A DNA stretch of 64,000 bases from a virus. Lineage: Duplodnaviria; Caudoviricetes. A model generated the notes under the pieces. The model did no database searches, was not told the origin of the DNA, and worked only from the letters and a program-made list of their open reading frames with translations. The stretch is taken from IMG/VR virus record IMGVR_UViG_3300030376_006242, one strand, 5' to 3'. Shown here in pieces: positions 49,101 to 59,863 of this stretch. Every line of letters starts with the position of its first letter. Position 1 is the first letter of the stretch. Made by a program: the position numbers and the translations under genes.

Positions 49101-51352
49101 GTACAGGAAGAGGACAATACGGAATAATTGATTCTTTCAACGAAGTAACAAAAGTTTGTACAGTCAAAAAAGAATTTGATAACACACCAGGTTGGCAACA
49201 TTTCTTAGGCGGCTTTGCTATTGAAACGGAATTAGATCCGTCAACAAAATATTTTATTGAACCAAGAATATCTTTTAGTGAACCACCTTACAGCAACTCA
49301 ACAGCATCTATTCCATTAAATGGAGAATACTTATTAGGTGCTTCAAGAAGAGTTTCTTCTACAAACGTTACTGTGTTATTAGGAAATGGTAGAGGTTTAA
49401 GATCAGTAGATTCAACAAGTTGGACAGTTTGTAATGGTGTACCAACACAAAACTGGAACAGTTTCGAAGGTGGCGCTAACAACTTTATGGCAACATCTAA
49501 CACAGGTGCGTTAGCAAGATCTCAAGATGGTGCTAACTGGAGTGACATATCAGGTAACATAGGTGCTGATATATTCAGAAGTGTTGTTTGGGAAAATGTT
49601 TCACAACAATGGGTTGTAGTTTCAGAAACAGGTGTTGTATACATATCTGGAGATGAAGGAAACACATGGACTTCACAACAAGTTGAACCATACGATGGAT
49701 CAACACCAGTGTTTACAAAAGCGGCGGCTGGTAATGGATTAATTATTATTGGTAATGACTTTGGACAAACTTGGGAATCAGTTGACGGTGGTACAACATG
49801 GGAACTAGCGGCAGACATAGGCGGTGAAAGATATCTATTACAACACTTAACTTTCACAGGCGATAAATTTATAGCATCAGTACAAGACTCACCATTTGAT
49901 GATTCAACATCAGCAAATAAATTCTTTGTATCAAATGCGAATGCGGCACAAAGTTCTACAAGTGCTATTACAGTTTGGACAGAATCAGAAACACCTCCAC
50001 ATACAGGACCATACACAAAAGTTACAAGTTCACAAGGAACTTTTGTTGCTATAACTGGAAATGGTGAAGTAGCATATTCATATGACGCTGTAAGTTGGAA
50101 ACAATTAACAAACCTTTCAGGCACATACACTGGAATAATAGGTGGCAGATACAACGGTGGTTATTTTGTTCCGTTGAAACAAGGCACAATGTCAGATGCG
50201 ACTGTGTTGAAAAAAGGTGCTCCACCTTTATGTAGAGTAATTACAAATGCTGGAAAAGTTTCAAGAGTACAAATTTTAGAACCAGGCTCAGGTTATGCGA
50301 CTGCACCTACTGTGACAGTTACTGACAATGTGAACACATTAGATGTTGCTTTACAACCAAGAATAGCAGATGGCGTATTAGGACAACCTACATTTACAAA
50401 CAGAGGAACAGGATTTATAAATGTAAGTGCAACAGTAGACGGTGATGGATTCGCAGATGAATTCCAAGTTGGTAAAGTTGTACAAATAAAAGATTTATCT
50501 AGAGAACCAGGACCAGGTGACTTGTTATACATCAATGGTATTGGAGATCAAATTTATAGAGTTACACAGATAACAAATGTTTCAGGTGTTGCTCCTAACT
50601 TAACAGCACAATTTAGAATATCACCAAGTCTAAAAGAAAATGAATCTCCGGCTCATGAAGAGGAAATGACAATTAGACAACAGTACTCACAAGTACGTTT
50701 AACTGGACACGACTTCTTAGATATTGGTACAGGTGGATTTACAACAACAAATTATCCACAAGTTTACACAAACGCAGGATTTACAGAAGGCTATGAAGCA
50801 CAACCTGCCAGAGAAACAGCAAACAACGGTGGTGGTAGAGTATTCTACACTTCAACTGACCAAGATGGTAACTTCCGTGTTGGAGAATTGTTTGAAGTTG
50901 AACAGGCAACTGGTATTGTAACACTAAACGCAGACTTATTCAACCTACAAGGTTTATCAGAATTAGCACTAGGTGGTGTTGTACTAGGTGGTACAGAAGT
51001 TGTAATTAGAGAGTTTTCAACTGATCCAACAATGGCGGCAAATTCAGATAATGTTGTACCAACACAAAAAGCGATTGTAACTTATATTGGTTCAAGAGTT
51101 TCAGGTGGTGGTGCTAACTTGAATGTATCAGGATTTAGAGCAGGACAAATTAAAGTAAGAAACAGAGAAATATTCAATGAAGCATTTCCTGAAACAGGTG
51201 AAATCAAAATTGATAGAATTGCTAATTTAAATGGTGGATTTTCAGGCTCATTACTAGCATTGAACTTTTTCACAGGTGGAGTAGCAAGTACAGAATTGAA
51301 TGAAGGAGATCCGGCTAGTGCTATTGACAGTTCTAACGGATATGGTTCATAA
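46199..51352 (+). CDS. Large tail-fibre/adhesin with CBM5/12-like repeats, beta-helix and BNR (Asp-box) propeller
   Basis: Repeated G.W.....Y..GD.V.YGG units, S.DG..W Asp-boxes, C-terminal YSQVRLTGHDFLDIGTG. Confidence 0.75.
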   Translation: MADFRIDRIRFRWRGDWSANTLYVKDDVLRYGAKVFVCVEVHTSDTNFYNDLNNTIPRWVQMMDGQSWTGDWAPSTFYKIGELVKVGGLIYKCIEGHISNADANNGVLGDELKWVYFARGEDYQSVWQPNTLYNVDQTVIYGGSIWKCNTAHTSASADDGLQFNAAYWDQYSRSDNFRGDWTSNTLYYPDDIVYYGGTVFRCTTGHRSAPSNKFVNPTTTYNGASGNGFQYFIYKTGATYNIKVTNAGNTYLASETFTVLGTQLGGATPANDATIVIDTVNAGAIATLSVNGTANDAADGLEANSGQWETVFTGIRYRGDYTVGERYSAGELVRWSPGMWQVTTGHWAVDPQMVEGNFSLWIPGLEFEQLWSISQYYQQGDVVLYGGYTYVALQSNIGVQPAVTDATNTWELQVVGYTFKGEWQATYLVNNAVENYPYKTGDVVRAGGDLYIAVKDNENVDPSTRSVYDEGSDSPFPWQLLVEGYAFKGPWAETDLNNITGESTYFPGDVVTVAGTLYKCILKHEANSSDAKPPLDFESENVGPYWVLLAQGHTPNVLEYPGDIKTQNEDSTRLRIGIGQSGQLLKVGSNNIPFWEDFDVTPKVYYVSPDGVDSDTRGTQLASPFKTIKYACDYINGDLAARAPATIFIKTGLYQEILPIVVPRDVALVGDELRSTEVKPAAGYETGYDMFRVNNGTGIRNMSLSGLTGTLGPVNQYGTRRPTGGAFVTLNPGSGPSDAAAWITTKSCYVQNVSTFGTGCIGLKVDGDLHNGGNKSIVANDFTQVIDNGIGFWVNGEGKAELVSVFTYYCHIGYLATDGGKARATNGNNSYGDFGSVAEGVTPTETPITAKFNNRTQEAQVDAVYNDENEIFAFAYDHAGQNYSSANITITGSGQGAAATINYENTRDGAVNKVRILGPGDSTPAGGAGYTSKSGPAITGDTTSIKLNAQFQGTTAQTVGQRIYIWEGTGRGQYGIIDSFNEVTKVCTVKKEFDNTPGWQHFLGGFAIETELDPSTKYFIEPRISFSEPPYSNSTASIPLNGEYLLGASRRVSSTNVTVLLGNGRGLRSVDSTSWTVCNGVPTQNWNSFEGGANNFMATSNTGALARSQDGANWSDISGNIGADIFRSVVWENVSQQWVVVSETGVVYISGDEGNTWTSQQVEPYDGSTPVFTKAAAGNGLIIIGNDFGQTWESVDGGTTWELAADIGGERYLLQHLTFTGDKFIASVQDSPFDDSTSANKFFVSNANAAQSSTSAITVWTESETPPHTGPYTKVTSSQGTFVAITGNGEVAYSYDAVSWKQLTNLSGTYTGIIGGRYNGGYFVPLKQGTMSDATVLKKGAPPLCRVITNAGKVSRVQILEPGSGYATAPTVTVTDNVNTLDVALQPRIADGVLGQPTFTNRGTGFINVSATVDGDGFADEFQVGKVVQIKDLSREPGPGDLLYINGIGDQIYRVTQITNVSGVAPNLTAQFRISPSLKENESPAHEEEMTIRQQYSQVRLTGHDFLDIGTGGFTTTNYPQVYTNAGFTEGYEAQPARETANNGGGRVFYTSTDQDGNFRVGELFEVEQATGIVTLNADLFNLQGLSELALGGVVLGGTEVVIREFSTDPTMAANSDNVVPTQKAIVTYIGSRVSGGGANLNVSGFRAGQIKVRNREIFNEAFPETGEIKIDRIANLNGGFSGSLLALNFFTGGVASTELNEGDPASAIDSSNGYGS

Positions 51353-51387
51353 TGATAAATAACTACAATAAGAGGATATATTAACCC

Positions 51388-54300
51388 ATGGCTGAGTTTA
51401 AATTAGGAAGAATACGTTTTGTTTGGAAAGGTGCTTGGTACACAGGCGCACTTTATTCTGTTGATGATGTTGTAAGATATGGTGGTAGAACCTATATTTG
51501 TATAGTAAACCACACGTCTGCGGCGGAATTTCAAAATGATTTAACAGCGGCAAATTGGGCATTGATGTCCGATGGTCAAGAATGGAAAGGTGACTGGGGA
51601 GTTAACACAACATACAAACCAAATGATGTTGTAAAATACGGTGGTTACATTTATATTTGTAACACAGGTCACACATCAAACGTAGATGTTAATGTAGGTT
51701 TAGAAGGCGACTTATCTAAATGGGATCTTTTCATTGAAGGTTTTGATTACAAATCAGATTGGGCAATTTCAACAAGATATAAAGTTAACGATTTAGTTAG
51801 ATATGGTGCAACAGTTTATCTTTGTACTACAGAACACACATCAGCGGCAACAACAGCAGATGGTTTAGAAACAGATATAGCAAAGTGGGAAGTATTTGCT
51901 AAAGGTTTCAATTGGTTAAATGCTTGGGCAATAAACACAAGATACAAACCTAACGACACAGTAAGATATGGTGGACAACTTTATGTTTGTATAACAGGAC
52001 ACGCTTCGGCGGCAACTGCTTCTTTAGGATTAGAAGCCGATCAAGCAAAATGGCAATACTTACACAAAGGTATTGAATATTTAGGTGCATGGGTAACAGC
52101 AACAAGATACAAAGTCAATGACGTTGTAAAATATGGTGCTAACCTTTGGATCGCAACTGCGGCTCACACAGCAGGTGCATCATTGGCGGCAGACGAAGCC
52201 AATTGGGAAATTTTTATTCCAGGATTAGAATTTGAAGATTCATGGAGTTCAGCAACATTATACCAACCAGGTGACATTGTTACTTACGGAGGTTATCAAT
52301 ATGTTGCACTTACAAACAATGACAACAAAGTTCCATCAACAGAAACTACTGATTGGGATTTATTTGTAACAGGTTTCAGTTTAAAAGGTGATTACAACAA
52401 CGGTACGGCTTACAAAACAGGTGACGTTGTTAGAGTTGGTGGTACAACTTACATTGCTATCGCTGACACAACAGGAAACAGACCACCAAGTGTACTACAC
52501 TGGGATAAACTTAACGAAGGTTTATACTGGAAAGGTACTTGGAACAACGCAACTGTTTATGACAAAGGTGACATTGTAAGAGGATCAGTAAACACAGACA
52601 CATCTTACATTTGTGTTACAGCACACACATCAAACAACGTTGGACCTTCAACAATTAATCAACCAGATTATGCACCAGGGGCTGGTGTTGATACATCTGT
52701 TTGGGAATTATTATCAGGTGGTCCAGAAAATGATGTATTATCAGCAGAAGGTGATATTTTAATTTACGGTGCTTCAGGACCAGCAAGATTACCGATTGGT
52801 GCTTCAGGACAAGCACTTGTTGTTAATGCGGCAGGTACTTTACCTGAATGGGGATTTGTTGGACAAGTAGATCAAGTTTACTATGTTGGTCCAAGTGGTG
52901 TAGATACTGCGGCTCCAAATGCAGGTGTTACACTTGATGCTCCATTTAAAACTGTAAGATACGCACTACATCAAATAGATTTAGGACCAAGAAATCCACA
53001 AGGTGTAAACTTATTAACAAGAAACAAAGCATTCATACAAGACGAAGTTATTGCTTGGATCAATGTTCAAATTGCTGGTAATATTTCACCATTCACAAAC
53101 GCATTTACATACAACGCAACAAAATGTAGAAGAGATATAGGTATTCTTATTGATGCTACAATAAATGATTTACGTAAAGGTGGAAATGTTGAATCAAGAA
53201 AAGCGGCTTTACAATATTTCACTCCAGCAGGCGCTTCATACGTTACTGGACAAGAGGCTGAAACTGCGGCGTCAATTGTTAGAGCGGCATACATTGCTCA
53301 ACAAGTAGTTGCTAATTCATCTTCTTACACACCATCACAAGGTACAACTTTACAAGTTTCAGATTTAACTAAAGTGGCAGAATCAACTGTGTCCGCTGAC
53401 ATCGAAACTTTAATGACACTTTCATCAGATGCTATTACAGCCGGCAACGTAAACGGTGTGCCAGCAAAAGCATCACCACAAATTACTTTAAATGTAAAAA
53501 CTGGAATATACAACGAAATACTTCCAATGAGTGTTCCACAAAATTGTGCTGTGGTTGGAGATGAATTAAGATCAACTAACATCAGACCAGCAGGTGCTTT
53601 AACACCAAGCGGTGATGTTCAATATTCATTACAAGGTATACAACGTTTAGAAGCAATTATTTCAGATGTTGTTCAAAACAATGCTGTTACAGTAACACCA
53701 TCAGGTGGTGTTGTTGGAGTTCCAACTGGAAACAGTTTAGGTTATCAAGGTGGTAATTTAATTGAAGGTACTGGTACAGTTAACTCAACAACAACTGGTT
53801 CAGGTACAGGTGCTACTTTCACAATAAGTACAAACTCATTTGGTTTCCTTTTATCATTAGCAGTTGCGGCTCCAGGACAAGGTTATGTTGCTGGTGATTC
53901 AATTACTATTCCTTCAACAGAATTAATTAATAATCCAAGCACTGGTGACACAGCAATTGGTGAAAATGTTACATTTACAATATCTTCAGTAACATCAGGA
54001 AACAACATCGCACAAAACACAGCAGTGCCGGCAGGTAGTGCGGCGGCTGGTACAGCGGCGGCGGCAATTGTTGATAACATTGAAAAATATATTGATTTCA
54101 AAATTAACGCAAATGGTACTGAGCCAACATTAGCAGGAAGTAGAATTCCTAACACAGATGCTGGTTACACAGATGCACGTTTAAGATTATTAGCAAACAG
54201 AGACTTTATGGCAAGAGAAGTAGCAGAATTTGTGAAAAGAGCAAATCCAGGTTACACTTTCAATCAAACTGACTGTGAAGACGATGTTAAAGATTATGTA

Positions 54301-57087
54301 GATTCAATCATTTACGATTTACAATACACAGGAAACTACATGGCACTAAAAGGTGCTAAATGGTATGTAAACTCTGTATCAGGTAGTACAACTTCTGATA
54401 TGTTCTATATGAGAAATGCTACAGGTTTAAGAAATGCCACTGTTCAAGGACTAACAGGTTCATTGGGTGCGGCAAACAGTTATGGTACAAAACGTCCATC
54501 AGCAGGTGCTTTTGTTTCTCTAGATCCAGGATTTGGTCCACTAGATACAAGCACATGGATTGCTAACACAACTGCTGGAACAGGTCAATTTACACCAACA
54601 AATGGTACATATGACCCTGCGACAGGTACAACAGTGTTAACAATTGGTGCACACCAAATATCACCAGGTGATACTGTAAGAATCACAACAGCAAGTTTAC
54701 GTTTCACGTGTGCTCAAGACGGACATGGTTCAAATCATGATTATCCAAGAGCATCGGACCCAGCGGCAGGTAAAGAATTATTAGTTGAAGCAACAACTTT
54801 AACAACAATCACTGTTAATGTTGGAGCAAGTCCAGGAGGACAACAATACGAACACAGATGGGTAAGTGCAACTACAAACGCAGTACAAGAAGAATCAATC
54901 ACTAGATTAGGTGGTAGATCACCTTACATTCAAAACGTTACAACGTTTGGAACTGGTGCTGTAGGACAAAAAATTGATGGTGACTTACACGCAGGTGGTA
55001 ACGATTCTATGGTATCAAATGACTTTACGCAAGTAATATCAGATGGTATTGGTGCTTGGATTACAAACTTAGGTAGAGCAGAACTTGTATCAGTGTTCTC
55101 ATACTACGGACACATTGGATACCTAGCAGAAACAGGTGGAAAAATACGTGCTACAAACGGTAACTCATCTTATGGTGACTTTGGTTGTGTGGCAGAAGGT
55201 GTTGACCCAACTGAAATTCCTGTAACAGGAAAAGTTAATAACAGATCAACAGATGCTCTAGTTGACAGTGTATTCACAGACGGTGATCAAATACTTGCTC
55301 TTGAATTTGGAAATGCTGGTAGAGAATATTCTAACGCAACAATCACAATATCAGGTGATGGTTTTGGATTAAACGGTGTTGCGGCAACTTACAATACAGG
55401 CGGTGTTTACAAAGTAAGATTAATGGAAACTCCTGCTTCTGATCCATCAGATTTAGGTGGTAAAGGTTATGTAACAACAACTAACTCCGCACAAACAGGA
55501 ACAACAACACAAATTACTTTAGCGGCGGCAGATTCTGCGGCAAGTGGTGTGTATCCAGGAATGGCATTATTTGTTACTGAAGGTAAAGGTGCTGGACAAT
55601 ACGGTTACATTGACACTTACAGTTCTTCAAGTAAAATTGCTACAATTAAAAAATTCTCAGATGATTCAGCAGGTTGGGACACATTAGGTGGCAAAGCAGT
55701 TGAGGCAACATTAGATTCAACAACAATTTATGAAATTACTCCAAGAGTAGTAATAGGTGCTCCACAAAACGATGGTTCTACAACTCCAAGACAAGCAGTT
55801 GCTAGAGCAGTTGTAACTGGAGATGTTATTTCTAATGTTAAAATATTAGACTGTGGTGCGTCTTACACATCAGCACCAACAGTATCATTTACAGATCCTA
55901 ACAACACAACAGATGCTCCAGTACAAGCATACATTGGAGATGGTGTATTAGGTCAACCAACTTTTGTTGCTAGAGGTACAGATTATGTAACTGCTTCTGC
56001 TTCAATTACAGAACAAGGTGTACAAGCAACTGTGTCAGGAATTACACAGGCTTCACCGGCAGTAATCACAACGTCAGCGGCACACAACTTTAACACAGGT
56101 GACAAAGTTAAATTTGATGCTATACTAGGAATGGTAGAATTGAATACTGGTGTTTACTATTACGCAAGAGTGTTAACTGTAGATACATTTGAAATTTACG
56201 CAGATAATGATTTAACAACTCCAATTGATTCAACTGGCTACACAGCATATGCAAGTGCCGGCACAGCAGAAACATTTGGTGGATTTAGAGATGATTATCA
56301 ATCAGGCAAATACATTGCTGTTGAAAATTTAACTTCAATTCCAAGAGCAGGTTCAAACATAGAATTTGGTCACTTACCAGGACAATACTTTAAACTTGTT
56401 GCTGTAAACCAACAACTAGGAACACAAACTCCTTTCACAGGACTATTACAAATATCTCCAGACTTGAAAGTTTCTCAATCTCCAGAACACGGACAGACTT
56501 TAGAGATGAGAATAAGATATTCTCAAGTTAGATTGACAGGACATGACTTCTTAGATATTGGTACAGGTAACTTTAGTTCAACTAACTATCCAGGTTTACC
56601 AAACCAAAATCCAATTCCAGCAAATGAAACTGTTGAAGGTGGTGGAGGAAGAGTATTCTTTACTTCTACAGACCAAGACGGTAACTTTAGAGTTGGAGAT
56701 TTATTCTCTGTAGAACAAGCAACTGGTATTGCTTCATTGAATGCTGATGCATTTAACATATCAGGACTACAAGAATTACAGTTGGGTGATTTAGCATTAG
56801 GTGGAACAAGTGCTTCTATCAATGAATTCTCAACTGATGGCACAATGGCGGCTAATTCAGACGCGATTGTACCGACTCAGAGGGCAATTAGAACTTATAT
56901 CGCTTCACAAATTGGTGGTGGTGCTAGTTCGCTCAATGTTAACTTAATTACGGCTGGATTAGTGGTAATTACAGGTAATACGATAAGTACAAGTAACAAC
57001 GTAGGAATCAATTTCCAAAGCGTCACTAACTTCACAAAAGGAGTTACTGGTGTGCCGATTGCGATGAACTACTTAATACATAGTTAA
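51388..57087 (+). CDS. Large tail-fibre/adhesin, paralog of 46199
   Basis: Same N-terminal RIRF.W.G.W, CBM-like repeats and C-terminal TSTDQDGNFRVG.LF.VEQATG. Confidence 0.75.
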   Translation: MAEFKLGRIRFVWKGAWYTGALYSVDDVVRYGGRTYICIVNHTSAAEFQNDLTAANWALMSDGQEWKGDWGVNTTYKPNDVVKYGGYIYICNTGHTSNVDVNVGLEGDLSKWDLFIEGFDYKSDWAISTRYKVNDLVRYGATVYLCTTEHTSAATTADGLETDIAKWEVFAKGFNWLNAWAINTRYKPNDTVRYGGQLYVCITGHASAATASLGLEADQAKWQYLHKGIEYLGAWVTATRYKVNDVVKYGANLWIATAAHTAGASLAADEANWEIFIPGLEFEDSWSSATLYQPGDIVTYGGYQYVALTNNDNKVPSTETTDWDLFVTGFSLKGDYNNGTAYKTGDVVRVGGTTYIAIADTTGNRPPSVLHWDKLNEGLYWKGTWNNATVYDKGDIVRGSVNTDTSYICVTAHTSNNVGPSTINQPDYAPGAGVDTSVWELLSGGPENDVLSAEGDILIYGASGPARLPIGASGQALVVNAAGTLPEWGFVGQVDQVYYVGPSGVDTAAPNAGVTLDAPFKTVRYALHQIDLGPRNPQGVNLLTRNKAFIQDEVIAWINVQIAGNISPFTNAFTYNATKCRRDIGILIDATINDLRKGGNVESRKAALQYFTPAGASYVTGQEAETAASIVRAAYIAQQVVANSSSYTPSQGTTLQVSDLTKVAESTVSADIETLMTLSSDAITAGNVNGVPAKASPQITLNVKTGIYNEILPMSVPQNCAVVGDELRSTNIRPAGALTPSGDVQYSLQGIQRLEAIISDVVQNNAVTVTPSGGVVGVPTGNSLGYQGGNLIEGTGTVNSTTTGSGTGATFTISTNSFGFLLSLAVAAPGQGYVAGDSITIPSTELINNPSTGDTAIGENVTFTISSVTSGNNIAQNTAVPAGSAAAGTAAAAIVDNIEKYIDFKINANGTEPTLAGSRIPNTDAGYTDARLRLLANRDFMAREVAEFVKRANPGYTFNQTDCEDDVKDYVDSIIYDLQYTGNYMALKGAKWYVNSVSGSTTSDMFYMRNATGLRNATVQGLTGSLGAANSYGTKRPSAGAFVSLDPGFGPLDTSTWIANTTAGTGQFTPTNGTYDPATGTTVLTIGAHQISPGDTVRITTASLRFTCAQDGHGSNHDYPRASDPAAGKELLVEATTLTTITVNVGASPGGQQYEHRWVSATTNAVQEESITRLGGRSPYIQNVTTFGTGAVGQKIDGDLHAGGNDSMVSNDFTQVISDGIGAWITNLGRAELVSVFSYYGHIGYLAETGGKIRATNGNSSYGDFGCVAEGVDPTEIPVTGKVNNRSTDALVDSVFTDGDQILALEFGNAGREYSNATITISGDGFGLNGVAATYNTGGVYKVRLMETPASDPSDLGGKGYVTTTNSAQTGTTTQITLAAADSAASGVYPGMALFVTEGKGAGQYGYIDTYSSSSKIATIKKFSDDSAGWDTLGGKAVEATLDSTTIYEITPRVVIGAPQNDGSTTPRQAVARAVVTGDVISNVKILDCGASYTSAPTVSFTDPNNTTDAPVQAYIGDGVLGQPTFVARGTDYVTASASITEQGVQATVSGITQASPAVITTSAAHNFNTGDKVKFDAILGMVELNTGVYYYARVLTVDTFEIYADNDLTTPIDSTGYTAYASAGTAETFGGFRDDYQSGKYIAVENLTSIPRAGSNIEFGHLPGQYFKLVAVNQQLGTQTPFTGLLQISPDLKVSQSPEHGQTLEMRIRYSQVRLTGHDFLDIGTGNFSSTNYPGLPNQNPIPANETVEGGGGRVFFTSTDQDGNFRVGDLFSVEQATGIASLNADAFNISGLQELQLGDLALGGTSASINEFSTDGTMAANSDAIVPTQRAIRTYIASQIGGGASSLNVNLITAGLVVITGNTISTSNNVGINFQSVTNFTKGVTGVPIAMNYLIHS

Positions 57088-57100
57088 AGGAGAAAAAACG

Positions 57101-57421
57101 ATGGCTTCAGGAAGAATAGGAAAAGCAGATCTTTTAGCCGCTACTAATACGACTGTATATACGACACCTGCTGACACTTTTACAGTGGCGACGGTATCGT
57201 TTTGTAACAGAGGTAACCAAGCAGTTACAGTGAGATTAGCGGTAGCAGATTCGGCGACGCCAGATAACTCAGAATATGTTGAATTTGAAACAGAAATTTT
57301 GAGTCATGGTGTGCTGGAAAGAACTGGTTTAGTACTGAATACAGGACAATTATTGGTAGCACGATCAAGTGGTGCTAATGTAAGTTGTGTTGTAAGTGGT
57401 ATTGAAACAAGTACAGCATAA
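57101..57421 (+). CDS. Small beta-rich virion protein (paralog family)
   Basis: VYTTPA...V..V...N and LERTGLVL motifs. Confidence 0.6.
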   Translation: MASGRIGKADLLAATNTTVYTTPADTFTVATVSFCNRGNQAVTVRLAVADSATPDNSEYVEFETEILSHGVLERTGLVLNTGQLLVARSSGANVSCVVSGIETSTA

Positions 57422-57468
57422 TTTTAAGGAAAATTATATAAATAGTAATAACAAAGGAAACAAAAACA

Positions 57469-57801
57469 ATGGGAAGATACATATCAACAACTGGAACTGC
57501 TGGCGTAGTCACTAGAGAAGTGAGTACAACTTACCAAGCAGTTGTAAATGATAGAATCTTAGCAGATAGTGCCGGTGGTACTTTCACAATCACGTTACCT
57601 CTAAACGCTTCTTTGTTGATCAATGACACAATTCAAATCATTGACGCAACATCGAACTTTGGAACTAACGCGGTTACAGTTGCTAGGAATGGTTCACTAA
57701 TACAAGGTTCTGCAGATGATTTAACTGCTGACTTAAATGGTGCGATCATGACTTTAATTTACACTGGTCCAACTTATGGTTGGATAGTAGGTGCTGTATA
57801 A
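57469..57801 (+). CDS. Fibre-attachment-type domain protein (gp9/gp10/gp34-like repeat)
   Basis: D...G.FTITLP, IQIID....F.TN.VTV.RNG..I.G...DL, LIY.G...GW. Confidence 0.6.
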   Translation: MGRYISTTGTAGVVTREVSTTYQAVVNDRILADSAGGTFTITLPLNASLLINDTIQIIDATSNFGTNAVTVARNGSLIQGSADDLTADLNGAIMTLIYTGPTYGWIVGAV

Positions 57802-57859
57802 TTTTTTATAATATTTTTTATACTAAATTTACATTACTTAACTTGGAGAAACAAAGATT

Positions 57860-58822
57860 ATGGCTAGTTTAAAATCATTACTTGGAACAAAACAGGACTC
57901 ATTCGTCTCGGTTGAAGAAAGTAACCTAGAGAAAGGACGTATTTACGTTTACACTCAAGGTGCTAACTACTCGAGATTATGGTGCGGATTTTGTTTTCAT
58001 CCAGAAGTGGCAGGAACAGCAATAGTAGAAATTTGGGGAGCAGGTGGATCAGGCGCAGAAATGTGTTGTTGTGGTTTTGGATTACCTGGAAACTCAGGCG
58101 CTTATGTTAAAAAACAAGTTTCAATGTCTCCAGGAGATTACATCTGCGGATGTACAGGTCAAAGTTGTGGTAACTCAGACTCATTATGTTTCAGAGGTTG
58201 CTCAGAAGCAACTCTAGTAAGATTTTGTATAGCAAGTAACGAAACTTGTGCTTGTTCAGAAGGTGGAAAAGGTGGAGTAACTTATTGTTCTACTAACTCA
58301 TCATTTTATTGTTGTTACAGAGCAAACGGTTTCTGTGTAACAAGAACAAATAACGATAACTGTGGTATAATTTGTAACCAATGTGATGGTTCATGGTGTG
58401 CTAGAGGTTATGGTGGACAAGAAAATAAATGCGGTAAGATGTCATGTGTGTCAGCATTTGGCTGTTACCCATCATGTATTTGTATGTTTAATCATCATAC
58501 ACCAACTCCCCCAGGAATGGGTTCTAAAGAAGGTAGAATGATTACGTACACAAACGATGATTTCAATGGAACACAAAACTGGTCAGGTATGGGCCACTAT
58601 CATCATTTAGCAAACCTAGGTTCAGGCAGATTCCCAACAGGCGGTGTGCCGTGGGCAAGTTGTTGGGACGGTGGTGTTGCTTGTGGTTGTTATCAAAATG
58701 ACGGTTGTATTCCTCAAATGCCAATTGGTACAGGAGGAAGAGGTCCTAACCCATGTCCAGGTGTTAGAGATCACGCAATCAGAGGTGGACACGGAGGAGT
58801 GCGAATTAAATTCGTAAGTTAA
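57860..58822 (+). CDS. Cys/Gly-rich protein 1 (putative fibre tip)
   Basis: About 31 Cys in 320 aa. EIWGAGGSGA.MCCCG ... RGGHG.VRIKF. Confidence 0.7.
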   Translation: MASLKSLLGTKQDSFVSVEESNLEKGRIYVYTQGANYSRLWCGFCFHPEVAGTAIVEIWGAGGSGAEMCCCGFGLPGNSGAYVKKQVSMSPGDYICGCTGQSCGNSDSLCFRGCSEATLVRFCIASNETCACSEGGKGGVTYCSTNSSFYCCYRANGFCVTRTNNDNCGIICNQCDGSWCARGYGGQENKCGKMSCVSAFGCYPSCICMFNHHTPTPPGMGSKEGRMITYTNDDFNGTQNWSGMGHYHHLANLGSGRFPTGGVPWASCWDGGVACGCYQNDGCIPQMPIGTGGRGPNPCPGVRDHAIRGGHGGVRIKFVS

Positions 58823-58828
58823 TTTATT

Positions 58829-59845
58829 ATGGCAAGTTTAACAACATTACTTCAAACCAAATATGATTTTTCAGTAGGAAACGAAACTAACCTTGAAAAA
58901 GGTAGAATCTATCAGTATTATCCAGGTACATCAAGAGGTACAAACTTTAGATGTCACGTATGTTTTGTTGCACCATCAGATGGTACAGCAACAATTGAAG
59001 TTTGGGGTGCTGGCGGTTCAGGCGCAGAGATGTGCTGTTGTGGTGGAGGTATTCCAGGTAACCCAGGTGGTTATGCGAAGAAAACAATCACTATGGTAGA
59101 AGGTTGTTATATTTGTGCTCAAATTGGTTTATCTTGCGGTAACTCAGATGATTTATGTTTTAGAGGCTGTTCAGAGCCAACTCAAGTATGTTGGTTTGGT
59201 GACGGCGGCGGTGACGGATGTATTTGTGCCCAAGGTGGTATTGGTGGAAGAACATGGTGTTCAACTGGTTCTTCAATCTACTGCTGTGCGGTAGCGGCAA
59301 ACTTCTGTAACACACAAGGCGGTGGCACATATTGTGGTATCGTTTGTAACTTTATGGATTCAGCAAACTGTCCTCAGTTCTGTGCTTTTGCTTATGGCGG
59401 AGACGTTAACTGTTATGGCGGTTTCAGTTGTCATTATTTCAGAGGATGTCAACCAAACTGTAACTGTAGACAAGTTCCAGTTAACAAATTTCCTCCAGGA
59501 ATGATTTCAACACTAGGTGGAGAAGTACATTACACAATGGATTCAGACTCAGGAAGATCTCAATGGTCAGGAATGGGCGGATGGATGTATGCTTCACATG
59601 GTTTCAATTTAGCAACACGTAACCCTACAACAGGCGGTCCTTACACTGGTTGTTGGGAAGGTAACAGAAGTTGCGGTTGTTACAATCAACAAGGTTGTAA
59701 CACTTTCTATCCAGCAGGTATTGGCGGACAAGGTCCAACACCTTGTGATGGAGTAAGAGATCACGCACACAGAGGTGGTCATGGTTTAATGAGAATCAAG
59801 TTTGTGTCACCGACAGATGAATACGATCTGCCGTCGGCACCATAG
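58829..59845 (+). CDS. Cys/Gly-rich protein 2
   Basis: About 31 Cys in 338 aa, same motifs. Confidence 0.7.
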   Translation: MASLTTLLQTKYDFSVGNETNLEKGRIYQYYPGTSRGTNFRCHVCFVAPSDGTATIEVWGAGGSGAEMCCCGGGIPGNPGGYAKKTITMVEGCYICAQIGLSCGNSDDLCFRGCSEPTQVCWFGDGGGDGCICAQGGIGGRTWCSTGSSIYCCAVAANFCNTQGGGTYCGIVCNFMDSANCPQFCAFAYGGDVNCYGGFSCHYFRGCQPNCNCRQVPVNKFPPGMISTLGGEVHYTMDSDSGRSQWSGMGGWMYASHGFNLATRNPTTGGPYTGCWEGNRSCGCYNQQGCNTFYPAGIGGQGPTPCDGVRDHAHRGGHGLMRIKFVSPTDEYDLPSAP

Positions 59846-59863
59846 GAAGGAATAAATATTAGT

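Noticed and set aside
50680-56900. Similar DNA at the 3' ends of the two giant fibre genes as a possible DGR template/variable repeat
   Set aside because: Differences inspected are mostly synonymous and not adenine-specific, and no reverse transcriptase is in the window. Ordinary paralogy.
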